64,000 bases of DNA from Actinomycetes bacterium. GTDB taxonomy: Bacteria > Actinomycetota > Actinomycetes > S36-B12 > UBA5976. A program made the translations under genes and the position numbers. The DNA is taken from the NCBI GenBank assembly GCA_037619625.1, contig JASJMK010000049.1:6995-70994 (forward strand), given 5' to 3'. Shown piece by piece: positions 38,029 through 47,031 of this stretch (within the stretch, counting starts at the first letter, position 1; every line of letters begins with the position of its first letter). A model generated the notes under the pieces. The model saw only the letters and a list, made by a program, of their open reading frames with translations. It made no database searches and was not told the DNA's origin.

Positions 38029-39654
38029 CTACTTCCGGCGCACTAAGGCCAGGACTGCCGACACCTCAGAAATTCGAAAAAGTTTTGCAAGCAGTAAATA
38101 TAGAACAGTAAAACTTGCTGCAAAACTTGTTATGGCAAGTCCCAGGCGCGGTGCAGAGATTGCGGACTGATTAACAATAGTTAAGCGAACTAACAAATAC
38201 GAGACTGTTCCCGCCAGAAGCGCCGCGACACTCACTCGAATCAGCAAACGTAAATGACCATTATTTTGAAGCGCTGGGACCCTCTTACCGACTCGGAACC
38301 AAGTAAACGCGCAGGTTATGACGTAGGAAATCGAATACCCAAGTGCCAGCCCAGCAACTGCGAATTGCTGGGGCAAAATGGCAAACAAACTAAACCCAAT
38401 CGCTATGTGCAATCCGTTGAATCCCAAATTAATGAAGAATGGCGTTTTTGTGTTTTCTTGAGCGTAGTAACTACGCAACAAAACGTAAAACAACGAAAAT
38501 GCTGGCAACCCCAAGGCGAACATAGAAGCAATTGCGCCAAGAGCTGCACCCTGCGCAAAAGTAGAAGCGCCATATCCATATAACAAGGCACCAAGCCATG
38601 GCCCAGAAACTAATAAAAAGATTGCACTAGGAATCATCAAGGCAGTAACTAGACGTAATGAAGCGGAGAGTTCGCCACCAAAAGCAGCGTCATCCTTTTC
38701 ATGAGCTTGCCTACTTAAGCGCGGAAGTAATGCAGTGATAACAGAAACCGTAATGATTGAATGCGGCAACATCATCATAAGTTGAGCTTTTTGGTAAGAA
38801 GTAAAACCAACGGCAACCACATTTTGATTGGCAGACACTAGAACATTTGCTAAGGTCGTCAAATTTGAAACTAGCAAGAAAGTAATTTGATTCACTAAAA
38901 CAAAGCCAATAGTCCACTTCGCAAGATTTCCAATTTTGCTATTGCCAACATTTCTGAATTTGAAATTTGGCTTATAGTTGTAGCCAACTTTTCGCAGTGC
39001 TGGAATCAAAATTAACGCCTGAGCAATAACGCCAAGTGTTGTGCCAATACCTAAGAGATTAATTTGTGCCGTAGTAACAGTTTGTGCATCGGGGACGCCA
39101 GACATGACTGAAATAAAAATCAGTGCAGTAATAACCACAACAATGTTATTGGCAATTGGTGCATACATAGGTAAGGCAAATGAATTTCTAGAATTTAGGA
39201 TCTGTGAGGCCAGGGTATATAAACCGTAAAATAGAATTTGCGGAAGACACCAGCGCGCAAACATAGTTGCGATATTAAATTCTTCGGGTGTCCACAAACT
39301 TGTGGCGTAGAGATGAATTATCAAACCACCAGCGATAACCGTAACAACCACTATCACGATGAGTATCAAGCCCACCAGTGTTAAGAGTTGATCAGTGAAT
39401 TGCTTTCCATCATCAACATCATCTTCCATGTGTCGAATCAAGGCCGGAATGAATACGGAATTGATCGCCCCACCAGCAATTAATATGTAAATTATGTTTG
39501 GGATGCTGTTAGCCACGGAGTAAGTATCAGAAAAAATTCCGGTTCCAATGGCGGCCACCAAAGCAATATCGCGAAGTACACCAGTAATGCGACTGGCTAG
39601 AGTTCCAGCGGCCATGCCGGAAGTTTGCCCCAAAAAGGATGACACCTGCTTCAC
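38029..39654 (-). CDS. murJ: Lipid II flippase MurJ (MviN)
   Basis: 541-aa polytopic MOP-family protein with the typical N-terminus (ASRITGVLRDIALVAAIG). Its position matches Rv3910. Confidence 0.92.
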   Translation of the reverse strand: MKQVSSFLGQTSGMAAGTLASRITGVLRDIALVAAIGTGIFSDTYSVANSIPNIIYILIAGGAINSVFIPALIRHMEDDVDDGKQFTDQLLTLVGLILIVIVVVTVIAGGLIIHLYATSLWTPEEFNIATMFARWCLPQILFYGLYTLASQILNSRNSFALPMYAPIANNIVVVITALIFISVMSGVPDAQTVTTAQINLLGIGTTLGVIAQALILIPALRKVGYNYKPNFKFRNVGNSKIGNLAKWTIGFVLVNQITFLLVSNLTTLANVLVSANQNVVAVGFTSYQKAQLMMMLPHSIITVSVITALLPRLSRQAHEKDDAAFGGELSASLRLVTALMIPSAIFLLVSGPWLGALLYGYGASTFAQGAALGAIASMFALGLPAFSLFYVLLRSYYAQENTKTPFFINLGFNGLHIAIGFSLFAILPQQFAVAGLALGYSISYVITCAFTWFRVGKRVPALQNNGHLRLLIRVSVAALLAGTVSYLLVRLTIVNQSAISAPRLGLAITSFAASFTVLYLLLAKLFRISEVSAVLALVRRK

Positions 39655-39660
39655 TACCGC

Positions 39661-41634
39661 CTATTCAGTACTTATTTGATTAGTTTTAGCCAGGCGACTT
39701 TCCTTGCGTCGCTTAACAAAGTTACTCAGCGCGAGTGCGAGTAATAACCCAAAAGCACCCAACACCAGAGTACGGGCGAACTGACTATAAGCCGCTGAAG
39801 AGATTTGGATTTGTTTACCTGCACCGAAGCGCTCACCATTGGGGGCGATAAGTTGAGCTTGCACAGTGACGATGCCAGCACCAATTAGAGATATTGAAAC
39901 TGGAACTGTAACTCGTTGACCCGGCGCGACTTGAACTAGACCGTAAGGTTGCGCTGAAAACCTTGATTCTGATGTGCTGGTCAGTTCCAGGCTTACTGAA
40001 ACATCGCGATCACTAGCATTCAAAATTGTGATCGGAATTTGCGAATTTGCTTGTGGTGTTGTGATCCGGGCGGATGCCTCCAACACAATTGCGTCAAGAT
40101 ACTCATTAAGTAAATTTGAATTTTGTTCAAAATATCTACCGGCTTGCGCATTAGAAGGCCAAAGGTCGGAGTAACCAAGTAGCCGAGCAGTTGTAAAACT
40201 AGCAGCCAATTCCGGATCATCGTAAAGTGCTGAAACACTTTCGGTTTTAGTTTTCACTTCACTTGAAAGTTGAAGTAAAGTCCGACTAAAGCTTCGAGCT
40301 TCAACTGGTTTTAGCGCAATAAAACTTTCCGTAGCTTCTTGCGCCGCGATTTCTTGCAGTGGGGCAAGCTGCATCCAATTGTGATTACTTAACTGTAAAA
40401 GTAATTCTGTGAGTCCAATACTGGAAACTTTCCAATTGGCTGGCGCCAAAACAATTATTGAGCGAGCACTTTGTGGTGACTCGGCAGTTATCATGCCTAG
40501 TTCTGCCTTGATACATGTGGTGGCACGGAAAAAACTATCTTCATTAGTTTCCATGTCAATTAAACACTTTGATGCCGCAACATCGAATACCAGAACTTGA
40601 TTAGACGAAGAAGTTACTGAAGCAGTTGTAGTTTCGCGTTCATTGTCATGAATTGAATCGTTGGAAATAATCGATTTAATGTTCTGTTGATTAAGCAGAG
40701 CAGTTGTAGTGCGATCGGATTCGCCACTTGCGGGAGTGTAGAAAATCGGACCACCGGCAGCAGTTTGTACCGTTCGTGTGATAATTTCGCCAACTTCAGC
40801 TTGTTTGCCACCTCGCACCATTGCCGAGAGATCAGCATGACCGTAAGGAAGCGCCGGGGCGCCAGCCGGCAAAGTCGCGAGCGCAGCAACTAATTCTTTT
40901 GCGCCAGCAGTATCAGTATTGGTTACCAAGTTATTTGCCCAAGTAGAAATTGCTGAATCTACCAGCCAAGAAACTGCGGAATTTCCTTGGCTTCGTAACA
41001 ATGCAGATAATCTATCTGCCTCATTTAAATCTGTGGCGGCATCAGATGATTTGCCGTTCGCCAAATTTGTACTGAGTGTCGTTAACGGAATCGCTAAAAC
41101 TACTTTTGTGGGCTGCACTTCAGAGTTAAAAAACCATGGAATCGCAATCGCGGCACTTGGCCCGTTGTCGCGTGATTGCGGTGCGAGCCCAATTGCAAAC
41201 ACCCCTGCGGCATCAGCTCCCAAGACTTGCTCACCACGAAATGTTACTTGCCAAGTTTTCGTGACGCCAGGAGCCAAATTGCGTAGCCGCGCAGAAATTG
41301 CAGTTGTGGATATTGCCAGATCATTGAAACTAGCGGGCTCTCTTAGCAATTCTCCTAGCTGCGTGCGGGTAGTAATTGGTCCAAAAGTTGCCAGGTCCAA
41401 ATTCAATTCCGATATGTAAGTGTCAGAGGTGTTTTTGTATGTTCCCCGCAACGTGACTAAGTGCTCAGGTGGCGCGGGCAGAGCCTGGGTTTGAATCGGC
41501 GCGATTACATAACTTGAGAACGCAATCGGATCGTTTGGCGCGGCACTTGAGGAAGTAGCGCTGAGCCCTAGCGTTGTCATTGCCAGCAAAGTGGCAATAA
41601 TTGCCGGCAACGCGCGAGCACTTAGAAGCTGCAA
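39661..41634 (-). CDS. DUF6049-like large secreted/anchored protein (Rv3909-like)
   Basis: The ORF is open up to 41778. I prefer the TTG at 41634, which is preceded by GGAGG with an 8-nt spacer and gives a canonical signal peptide (MQLLSARALPAIIATLLAMTTLGLSATSSSA-AP). There is a C-terminal TM anchor followed by KRRK. Alternative starts are 41706 and 41778. Confidence 0.75.
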   Translation of the reverse strand: MQLLSARALPAIIATLLAMTTLGLSATSSSAAPNDPIAFSSYVIAPIQTQALPAPPEHLVTLRGTYKNTSDTYISELNLDLATFGPITTRTQLGELLREPASFNDLAISTTAISARLRNLAPGVTKTWQVTFRGEQVLGADAAGVFAIGLAPQSRDNGPSAAIAIPWFFNSEVQPTKVVLAIPLTTLSTNLANGKSSDAATDLNEADRLSALLRSQGNSAVSWLVDSAISTWANNLVTNTDTAGAKELVAALATLPAGAPALPYGHADLSAMVRGGKQAEVGEIITRTVQTAAGGPIFYTPASGESDRTTTALLNQQNIKSIISNDSIHDNERETTTASVTSSSNQVLVFDVAASKCLIDMETNEDSFFRATTCIKAELGMITAESPQSARSIIVLAPANWKVSSIGLTELLLQLSNHNWMQLAPLQEIAAQEATESFIALKPVEARSFSRTLLQLSSEVKTKTESVSALYDDPELAASFTTARLLGYSDLWPSNAQAGRYFEQNSNLLNEYLDAIVLEASARITTPQANSQIPITILNASDRDVSVSLELTSTSESRFSAQPYGLVQVAPGQRVTVPVSISLIGAGIVTVQAQLIAPNGERFGAGKQIQISSAAYSQFARTLVLGAFGLLLALALSNFVKRRKESRLAKTNQISTE

Positions 41635-41704
41635 CCGGTTCACCTCCTCAGAATACCCATAATTAACGCCCTTATTTGGGACTACATCTAGGCTAGGTGC
41701 AGTC

Positions 41705-43144
41705 ATGAATACTTTGTCCCCGCATAGCGTTGCAGCAGGTGTGGTTACCTCGGCTGCGCGCGCGATGCCCGATGCCATGGAATTGGCAATTGCATTTCAA
41801 TCTGCCGGATTTGAGTTGGCATTAGTTGGCGGCTCAGTTCGAGATTTAATTCTTGCTAGGCCAATAACTGATTTAGATTTCACAACGAATGCAACACCGC
41901 AGCAAATTAATGAAGTTGTGAAGTCCTGGGCGGATGCTATTTGGGATGTAGGCATTGCTTTTGGCACAGTCGGTGTGCGGCGAAATGATTTCAAAGCAGA
42001 AATAACAACATATCGTTCCGAGATTTATCGAGATGAAAGCCGAAAGCCCGAAGTCTCCTTTGGATCCACACTTGAAGCAGATTTAGTTCGACGCGATTTC
42101 ACGATTAACGCGCTTGCGGTCCGCTTGCCAGAGCTGGAATTTGTTGACTTGTTTGATGGTGTCAGTGACTTATCGAGAAAATTAATCAGAACTCCGCGAG
42201 AGCCAGAACTCTCATTCTCCGATGATCCCTTACGCATGATGCGCGCTGCAAGATTTGCAAGCCAACTTGGCTTTACCCCAGTTGTAGATTTACTAATAGC
42301 AGCCACTGACATGGCACAGCGAATAGAAATCGTTTCAGCGGAGCGAATCCGTGACGAATTCAATAAATTAATAATGGGCGAGTTTCCGACTGCCGGATTA
42401 GAAATTCTTGATGGCACAAAACTTTCAGATTACATAATCCCAGAACTGCCGGCGCTTCAGCTAGAAATAGATGAACACCATAAACACAAAGATGTCTACG
42501 AGCACAGCTTGATTGTTTTGCAACAAGCAATCGCTCTAGAGTCCACACATCAACCACAACTGGAACCAGATTTAGTTTTACGGCTAGCAGCTCTACTGCA
42601 CGACATTGGTAAACCAAAAACTCGTAGATTCGAAGCGGGCGGTGGAGTGAGTTTTCACCACCATGAGGTAGTTGGCGCAAAGATCGCTCGCAAACGTCTG
42701 ATCGCAATGCGCTACCCAACAGATATTGTTGACTCCGTCTGCCAACTTACCGAATTGCATTTGCGATTCCATGGGTACGGACAAGGTCAGTGGACCGACT
42801 CTGCAGTCCGTCGTTATGTTCGAGATGCCGGAGATCAACTAGTTCGATTGCACAAACTAACGCGCGCAGATTGCACTACAAGAAATGCGAGACGGGCAGC
42901 AATATTGGCTGCAACATATGATGATTTGGAACAGCGCATCGCAGTGCTTAGTGAACAAGAGGAACTTAAGTCCATTCGTCCAGATCTAGATGGCAACGAC
43001 ATCATGGAGATCTTGCAAGTTCCAGCAGGTCCAATTGTCGGTGCGGCTTATAACTACTTACTTGAAATTCGACTTGATCAAGGTCCAATTACTCGCGAGG
43101 CAGCAGTTGAGCAACTATTGACATGGTGGAAAAGCCAAAAATAG
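41705..43144 (+). CDS. cca: CCA-adding tRNA nucleotidyltransferase with an HD domain
   Basis: LVGGSVRD, the nucleotidyltransferase core RDFTINA, and the HD motif LLHDIGKP. An alternative start is ATG 41765. Confidence 0.92.
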   Translation: MNTLSPHSVAAGVVTSAARAMPDAMELAIAFQSAGFELALVGGSVRDLILARPITDLDFTTNATPQQINEVVKSWADAIWDVGIAFGTVGVRRNDFKAEITTYRSEIYRDESRKPEVSFGSTLEADLVRRDFTINALAVRLPELEFVDLFDGVSDLSRKLIRTPREPELSFSDDPLRMMRAARFASQLGFTPVVDLLIAATDMAQRIEIVSAERIRDEFNKLIMGEFPTAGLEILDGTKLSDYIIPELPALQLEIDEHHKHKDVYEHSLIVLQQAIALESTHQPQLEPDLVLRLAALLHDIGKPKTRRFEAGGGVSFHHHEVVGAKIARKRLIAMRYPTDIVDSVCQLTELHLRFHGYGQGQWTDSAVRRYVRDAGDQLVRLHKLTRADCTTRNARRAAILAATYDDLEQRIAVLSEQEELKSIRPDLDGNDIMEILQVPAGPIVGAAYNYLLEIRLDQGPITREAAVEQLLTWWKSQK

Positions 43145-43146
43145 TT

Positions 43147-44484
43147 TTAAGTCGTGGACTTACGATATTTAGTGAAGAGAAATATCGACAAGCCGGTACT
43201 GGCGCTCAACAAAATCACAGAGTAGCTAGCACCGACGTTCACATTCTCTCTGGCAGCTTCAATTAGAGAATACGAAGTTATTCCAATAACTAAAGCAACG
43301 TTTATCATCATGTCAAAAATGGAAAACACTCGACCACGATGCGCGTCATCTATATTTCGTTGAATAGTTGTGTCAGCGTTGATTTTAAGTAATTGCCCAG
43401 CAAAACCTAAAGTTGCAGCTGCTGCAATTACCGCTGTCAGAGTTCCAACTTGATATCCAATAAATGTCACAACCACACTTACCGCGACAGCGACTGACAT
43501 GGCAGCAATTAGATGTACCTGTCGATGTGGCTTGAGTAAGTTTGTCGCAACTGTTTCATCAGTTTTGTCGCTCAATAAAAACGTACTCAAAATCGCTGCC
43601 GAGAATGCTCCGAATGCGGCGGCGCCAGCGACAAAACCAAAATCAAGCACTGCCTGGTCTGCTGAAGCATTGGTGTGCCACGAATTTCGAGAAAGCAAGA
43701 GAACGTGAACAGTCAAAGCACCAAAGGCCCAGCGTTGAAAAGCGACGGCGAACATGCTGCTTAGAACTCGACCTGAGCGAGCCATGTATTGGAAGCCAGC
43801 GACAAGACCCGCGAGTGCATTTCGAATCTCCTCACGCATAGCTGATTCAATAATGTCTGGGCCCAAAATATGCTTTGGCTTAATGCGGATTGCGATGATT
43901 CCAGCGATACCGGCGCATAAAGCGCCAAGCCCAACCAAGGTTGCATTAACTGTGTCTGAGTTTGAAAAGACACTCTGCGTGGCAATTCCAAATGCGGCAG
44001 CAAACGCCGCAGCCGTGGTTCCAAGCGTTGGAAACAAGGCATTTGCTGGCACTAAGTCTTCACCCTTAACCACGTGTGGCAATGATGCCGACAATGCAGC
44101 TTGCACAAATCTATTTACGCCAAGGCTGACAAGCACAAGAACGGCAAGTAAAGAATTCGGTGAATGACCAGTAATTACGATTGCAATTGCGAGCATGGTT
44201 ATTACCCGAACTAAATTTGCTCGAATCAAGATAGTGCGCCGCGACCAACGATCAATCAATACTCCGACAAAAGGTCCAATCACTGAATATGGCAGCAGCA
44301 GGATTCCAAATGCCAATGCGATCTTGCGGGGATCTGACTCGCGCTGGGGTGAGAATAGAACAAATGTGGCAAGCGCGGTTTGCAATAAACCATCGCCAGC
44401 TTGGCCAAAGATTCGCACGCCAAGTAGTTCTCGCGCATTTGCATGGCGGATAAAGGAAACAGCGCGAAGGCTGGGCAGTCTCAC
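43147..44484 (-). CDS. MFS transporter
   Basis: 445 aa with about 12 TM helices, including the typical MFS loop GVLIDRWSRR. Confidence 0.85.
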   Translation of the reverse strand: MRLPSLRAVSFIRHANARELLGVRIFGQAGDGLLQTALATFVLFSPQRESDPRKIALAFGILLLPYSVIGPFVGVLIDRWSRRTILIRANLVRVITMLAIAIVITGHSPNSLLAVLVLVSLGVNRFVQAALSASLPHVVKGEDLVPANALFPTLGTTAAAFAAAFGIATQSVFSNSDTVNATLVGLGALCAGIAGIIAIRIKPKHILGPDIIESAMREEIRNALAGLVAGFQYMARSGRVLSSMFAVAFQRWAFGALTVHVLLLSRNSWHTNASADQAVLDFGFVAGAAAFGAFSAAILSTFLLSDKTDETVATNLLKPHRQVHLIAAMSVAVAVSVVVTFIGYQVGTLTAVIAAAATLGFAGQLLKINADTTIQRNIDDAHRGRVFSIFDMMINVALVIGITSYSLIEAARENVNVGASYSVILLSASTGLSIFLFTKYRKSTT

Positions 44485-44534
44485 TTTAGTTACGCTACCG
44501 TCAACCCAATGAAAATTCGTTCTCTAGCAAATTT

Positions 44535-44574
44535 AAAAACCTGTGGGCCACCAGTTCAACTGATGGCCCACAGG
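44535..44574 (-). terminator. Rho-independent terminator of ino1
   Basis: An 11-bp perfect stem, CCTGTGGGCCA / TGGCCCACAGG. On the minus strand it is followed by TTTTT. Confidence 0.8.
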
Positions 44575-44593
44575 TTAGGAGGCTGCTTTTGTG

Positions 44594-44675
44594 CTAACTA
44601 GACACCCGTAATATTTATTGGCGGCTAACTAGACACCCGCAATATTTATTGGCGGTTAACTAGACACCCGCAATA
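44594..44675. repeat. 31-bp tandem repeat (2 full copies plus a 20-nt partial copy) that overlaps the ino1 stop codon
   Basis: Copies lie at 44594-44624, 44625-44655 (1 mismatch) and 44656-44675 (partial). The partial copy contains the last codons and the TAG stop of ino1. Confidence 0.9.
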
Positions 44676-45730
44676 AAATCTTCCACTTCTTGACGACACT
44701 TAGTATCGTCATACTGAACTGGCGGACTCTTCATAAAGTAACTTGATGCACTCAGAATTGGTCCACCAAGGCCACGATCCAATGCAATCTTGCAAGCACG
44801 AATCGCATCAATAATCACACCAGCTGAATTAGGGGAGTCCCAAACTTCAAGTTTGTATTCCAAACTCAATGGCACGTCACCAAATGCTCTACCTTCAAGG
44901 CGAACAAAGGCCCACTTGCGATCATCAAGCCAAGCCACGTAGTCACTCGGACCAATGTGGACATTGCGAGGATCGATCTTGTCGCGTAATTGTGAGGTAA
45001 CCGCTTGGGTCTTAGAAATCTTCTTCGACTCTAAACGATCGCGTTCCAACATGTTCATAAAGTCCATGTTGCCGCCAACATTTAATTGATAAGTGCGATC
45101 AACTGTCACGCCACGATCTTCAAATAGTTTGGCAAGAACTCGGTGCGTGATGGTCGCGCCCACCTGACTCTTAATGTCGTCACCAACAATTGGAACACCA
45201 GCAGCTGTGAATTTGTCAGCCCATTCCTTGGTACCAGCTATGAAAACTGGAAGTGCATTAACAAAGCCAACGCCAGCATCAATTGCGCACTGCGCATAAA
45301 ATTTTGCTGCCTCTTCAGAGCCAACTGGCAAGTAACAAACGAGCACGTCTACTTTTGCGTCTTTAAGAGTTTGCACGACGTCAACCGGTGCATCATCAGA
45401 TTCCACAACCATATCGCGGTAGTACTTTCCGAGTCCGTCGTAGGTGTGACCACGCAAAACAGTGATACCCGTTAATGGCACATCAGAGAATTTGATTGTG
45501 TTGTTTTCACTTGCAAATATTGCAGCAGAAAGATCTTCGCCAACTTTCTTGGCATCGACATCAAACGCAGCAACGAAATTCACATCCCGGACGTGATAGT
45601 CCCCGAACTGAACATGCATAAGTCCTGGAACTTGTGCTTTTGGATCGGCGTCTTTGTAGTACTCAACGCCTTGTACCAACGATGATGCGCAGTTGCCCAC
45701 GCCAACAATCGCTACTCTAACTTCACTCAC
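44660..45730 (-). CDS. ino1: Inositol-3-phosphate synthase
   Basis: NAD-binding N-terminus [16 protein letters not shown] with the actinobacterial Ino1 length and sequence. A PadR gene is adjacent, as at Rv0046c/Rv0047c. Confidence 0.95.
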   Translation of the reverse strand: MSEVRVAIVGVGNCASSLVQGVEYYKDADPKAQVPGLMHVQFGDYHVRDVNFVAAFDVDAKKVGEDLSAAIFASENNTIKFSDVPLTGITVLRGHTYDGLGKYYRDMVVESDDAPVDVVQTLKDAKVDVLVCYLPVGSEEAAKFYAQCAIDAGVGFVNALPVFIAGTKEWADKFTAAGVPIVGDDIKSQVGATITHRVLAKLFEDRGVTVDRTYQLNVGGNMDFMNMLERDRLESKKISKTQAVTSQLRDKIDPRNVHIGPSDYVAWLDDRKWAFVRLEGRAFGDVPLSLEYKLEVWDSPNSAGVIIDAIRACKIALDRGLGGPILSASSYFMKSPPVQYDDTKCRQEVEDFIAGV

Positions 45731-45778
45731 TTTTTGCCTCCTGGTTGTCAGTGAATATTTTTCTTACGCTCTTACTAC

Positions 45779-46369
45779 TTACTTGGTGTTACCTTGCGCA
45801 GAATCAGATTCGCCACTATTTGTGGCGCGACCTGTTTGTTCACGCGAGATAAGTTCATTGAGCCATCGCACTTCGCGTTCAAGTGCTTCCAAGCCATGTT
45901 GTTGAAGTTCTAAAGTGTAGGAATCCAAACGCTCTCGGCCCTTGGATAAATTACTCTGCAAATTGGCTAGTCGATCTTCTAATCTGCTGCGCCGACCTTG
46001 CAAAATATGAATTCTGGTATTTACTTCGGTTTGGCCAAATAGCGACATTCGAATCGCAAAAGTGTCGTCATCCCAGGCGCCAGGCCCACTGTCAGCAACT
46101 AATGAGTTGAAGTGCGCAACTCCACTAGGAGTCAGGGCGTAAGTGATTCGAGTCCGTTTTGGGTATTTGCCAGTGCCAATATCATCTTGCTCGACTAACA
46201 AGCCACGAGCGACAAGATTTTTCAGAGTTGGGTAAAGCGCGCCATAAGAAATAGTGCTGAAAAGTCCCAAAACTGAAATCAGGCGCCGTCGAAGTTCATA
46301 ACCATGTTGCGGGGTATCTGCCAAAACTCCAAGGATTGCCAGCTCTAACGCAGCAGATCTTTTGGCCAT
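45779..46369 (-). CDS. PadR-family transcriptional regulator
   Basis: Winged-helix N-terminus LAILGVLADTPQHGYELRRRL. The start is set at ATG 46369 (MAKRSAALE...). The ORF-track start at 46465 adds 32 implausible residues. Confidence 0.88.
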   Translation of the reverse strand: MAKRSAALELAILGVLADTPQHGYELRRRLISVLGLFSTISYGALYPTLKNLVARGLLVEQDDIGTGKYPKRTRITYALTPSGVAHFNSLVADSGPGAWDDDTFAIRMSLFGQTEVNTRIHILQGRRSRLEDRLANLQSNLSKGRERLDSYTLELQQHGLEALEREVRWLNELISREQTGRATNSGESDSAQGNTK

Positions 46370-46400
46370 GACTGGAAAACCCCAAATAATAGAAAAATTT

Positions 46401-46421
46401 GATGTATCAAATTGATACATC
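46401..46421. promoter_or_regulatory. Perfect 21-bp palindrome, candidate PadR operator
   Basis: GATGTATCAA-A-TTGATACATC lies 32-52 nt upstream of the padR start, in the intergenic region divergent with the DUF5318 gene. Confidence 0.5.
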
Positions 46422-46517
46422 TTTAGGATACAGTTCAAACGAGTTATGGCAATACCCAGGGGCAACCTTTGGAATTTGCCATAATCCCCTTGCTTTAAAT
46501 GGGTTTAAGGTGGTCAA

Positions 46518-47027
46518 ATGAGCCGGCCAGGATCCCACCAAAGTATTTCCGGAATTCGCGCCAGTTCAGCTAGCGCTAAAGCACCGAACCCAATTGCGCA
46601 TCCCGCGGAAGATATCGCAGATCCGGTTCGGCCCCGCCAGATTTTGGATTACGTTTTGGCTCGTCGCGCGGTACTAGAGCAGATCAAACATGATGCGCTT
46701 TTACGTGAACAGGTATGTGACGCAGATCCATATCTAATTAGGGCCGCCAAGAATCACGGGGAAATCACGGAGCGGGCCTGCCCGATGTGTAAAAAGAATG
46801 AACTAGTTCATGTTAATTACACATTTGGTGATGACTTAGGTTATTTATCGGGCCGCGTTAAATCTTCAACTGACCTAAAATCTCTGGCTTATGAGTATGG
46901 TCATTTTCGGGTTTATGTTGTCGAAGCTTGCACCTCATGTGGCTGGAATCACTTACACATGTCATATGTATTAGGAGATGGCACGCCCCGTACTCCACCA
47001 CGTGAGCCCAGGGATGTGCTGAAATAG
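46518..47027 (+). CDS. DUF5318-like protein (Rv0049-like)
   Basis: Two Cys pairs (CPMCKK ... CTSCGWNH) and the conserved position upstream of ponA1. Confidence 0.7.
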   Translation: MSRPGSHQSISGIRASSASAKAPNPIAHPAEDIADPVRPRQILDYVLARRAVLEQIKHDALLREQVCDADPYLIRAAKNHGEITERACPMCKKNELVHVNYTFGDDLGYLSGRVKSSTDLKSLAYEYGHFRVYVVEACTSCGWNHLHMSYVLGDGTPRTPPREPRDVLK

Positions 47028-47031
47028 ATGA

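Noticed and set aside
41305-41313. Isolated TGTGGATAT matches inside coding regions (41305-41313 in the DUF6049 gene and 60931-60939 in rodA), and a single GTATCCACA at 35507-35515 between trxB and trxA.
   Set aside because: One or two such 9-mers are expected by chance in 64 kb. They are single and mostly intragenic, unlike the intergenic clusters I report.
40919-41419. A 166-aa plus-strand ORF, along with many other 60-156-aa ORFs antisense to annotated genes (for example 14509-14979, 5628-6038, 43754-44167 and 62301-62723).
   Set aside because: All are fully nested antisense within well-supported genes. They lack start contexts and have compositionally biased translations, so they are typical frame-shadow ORFs.
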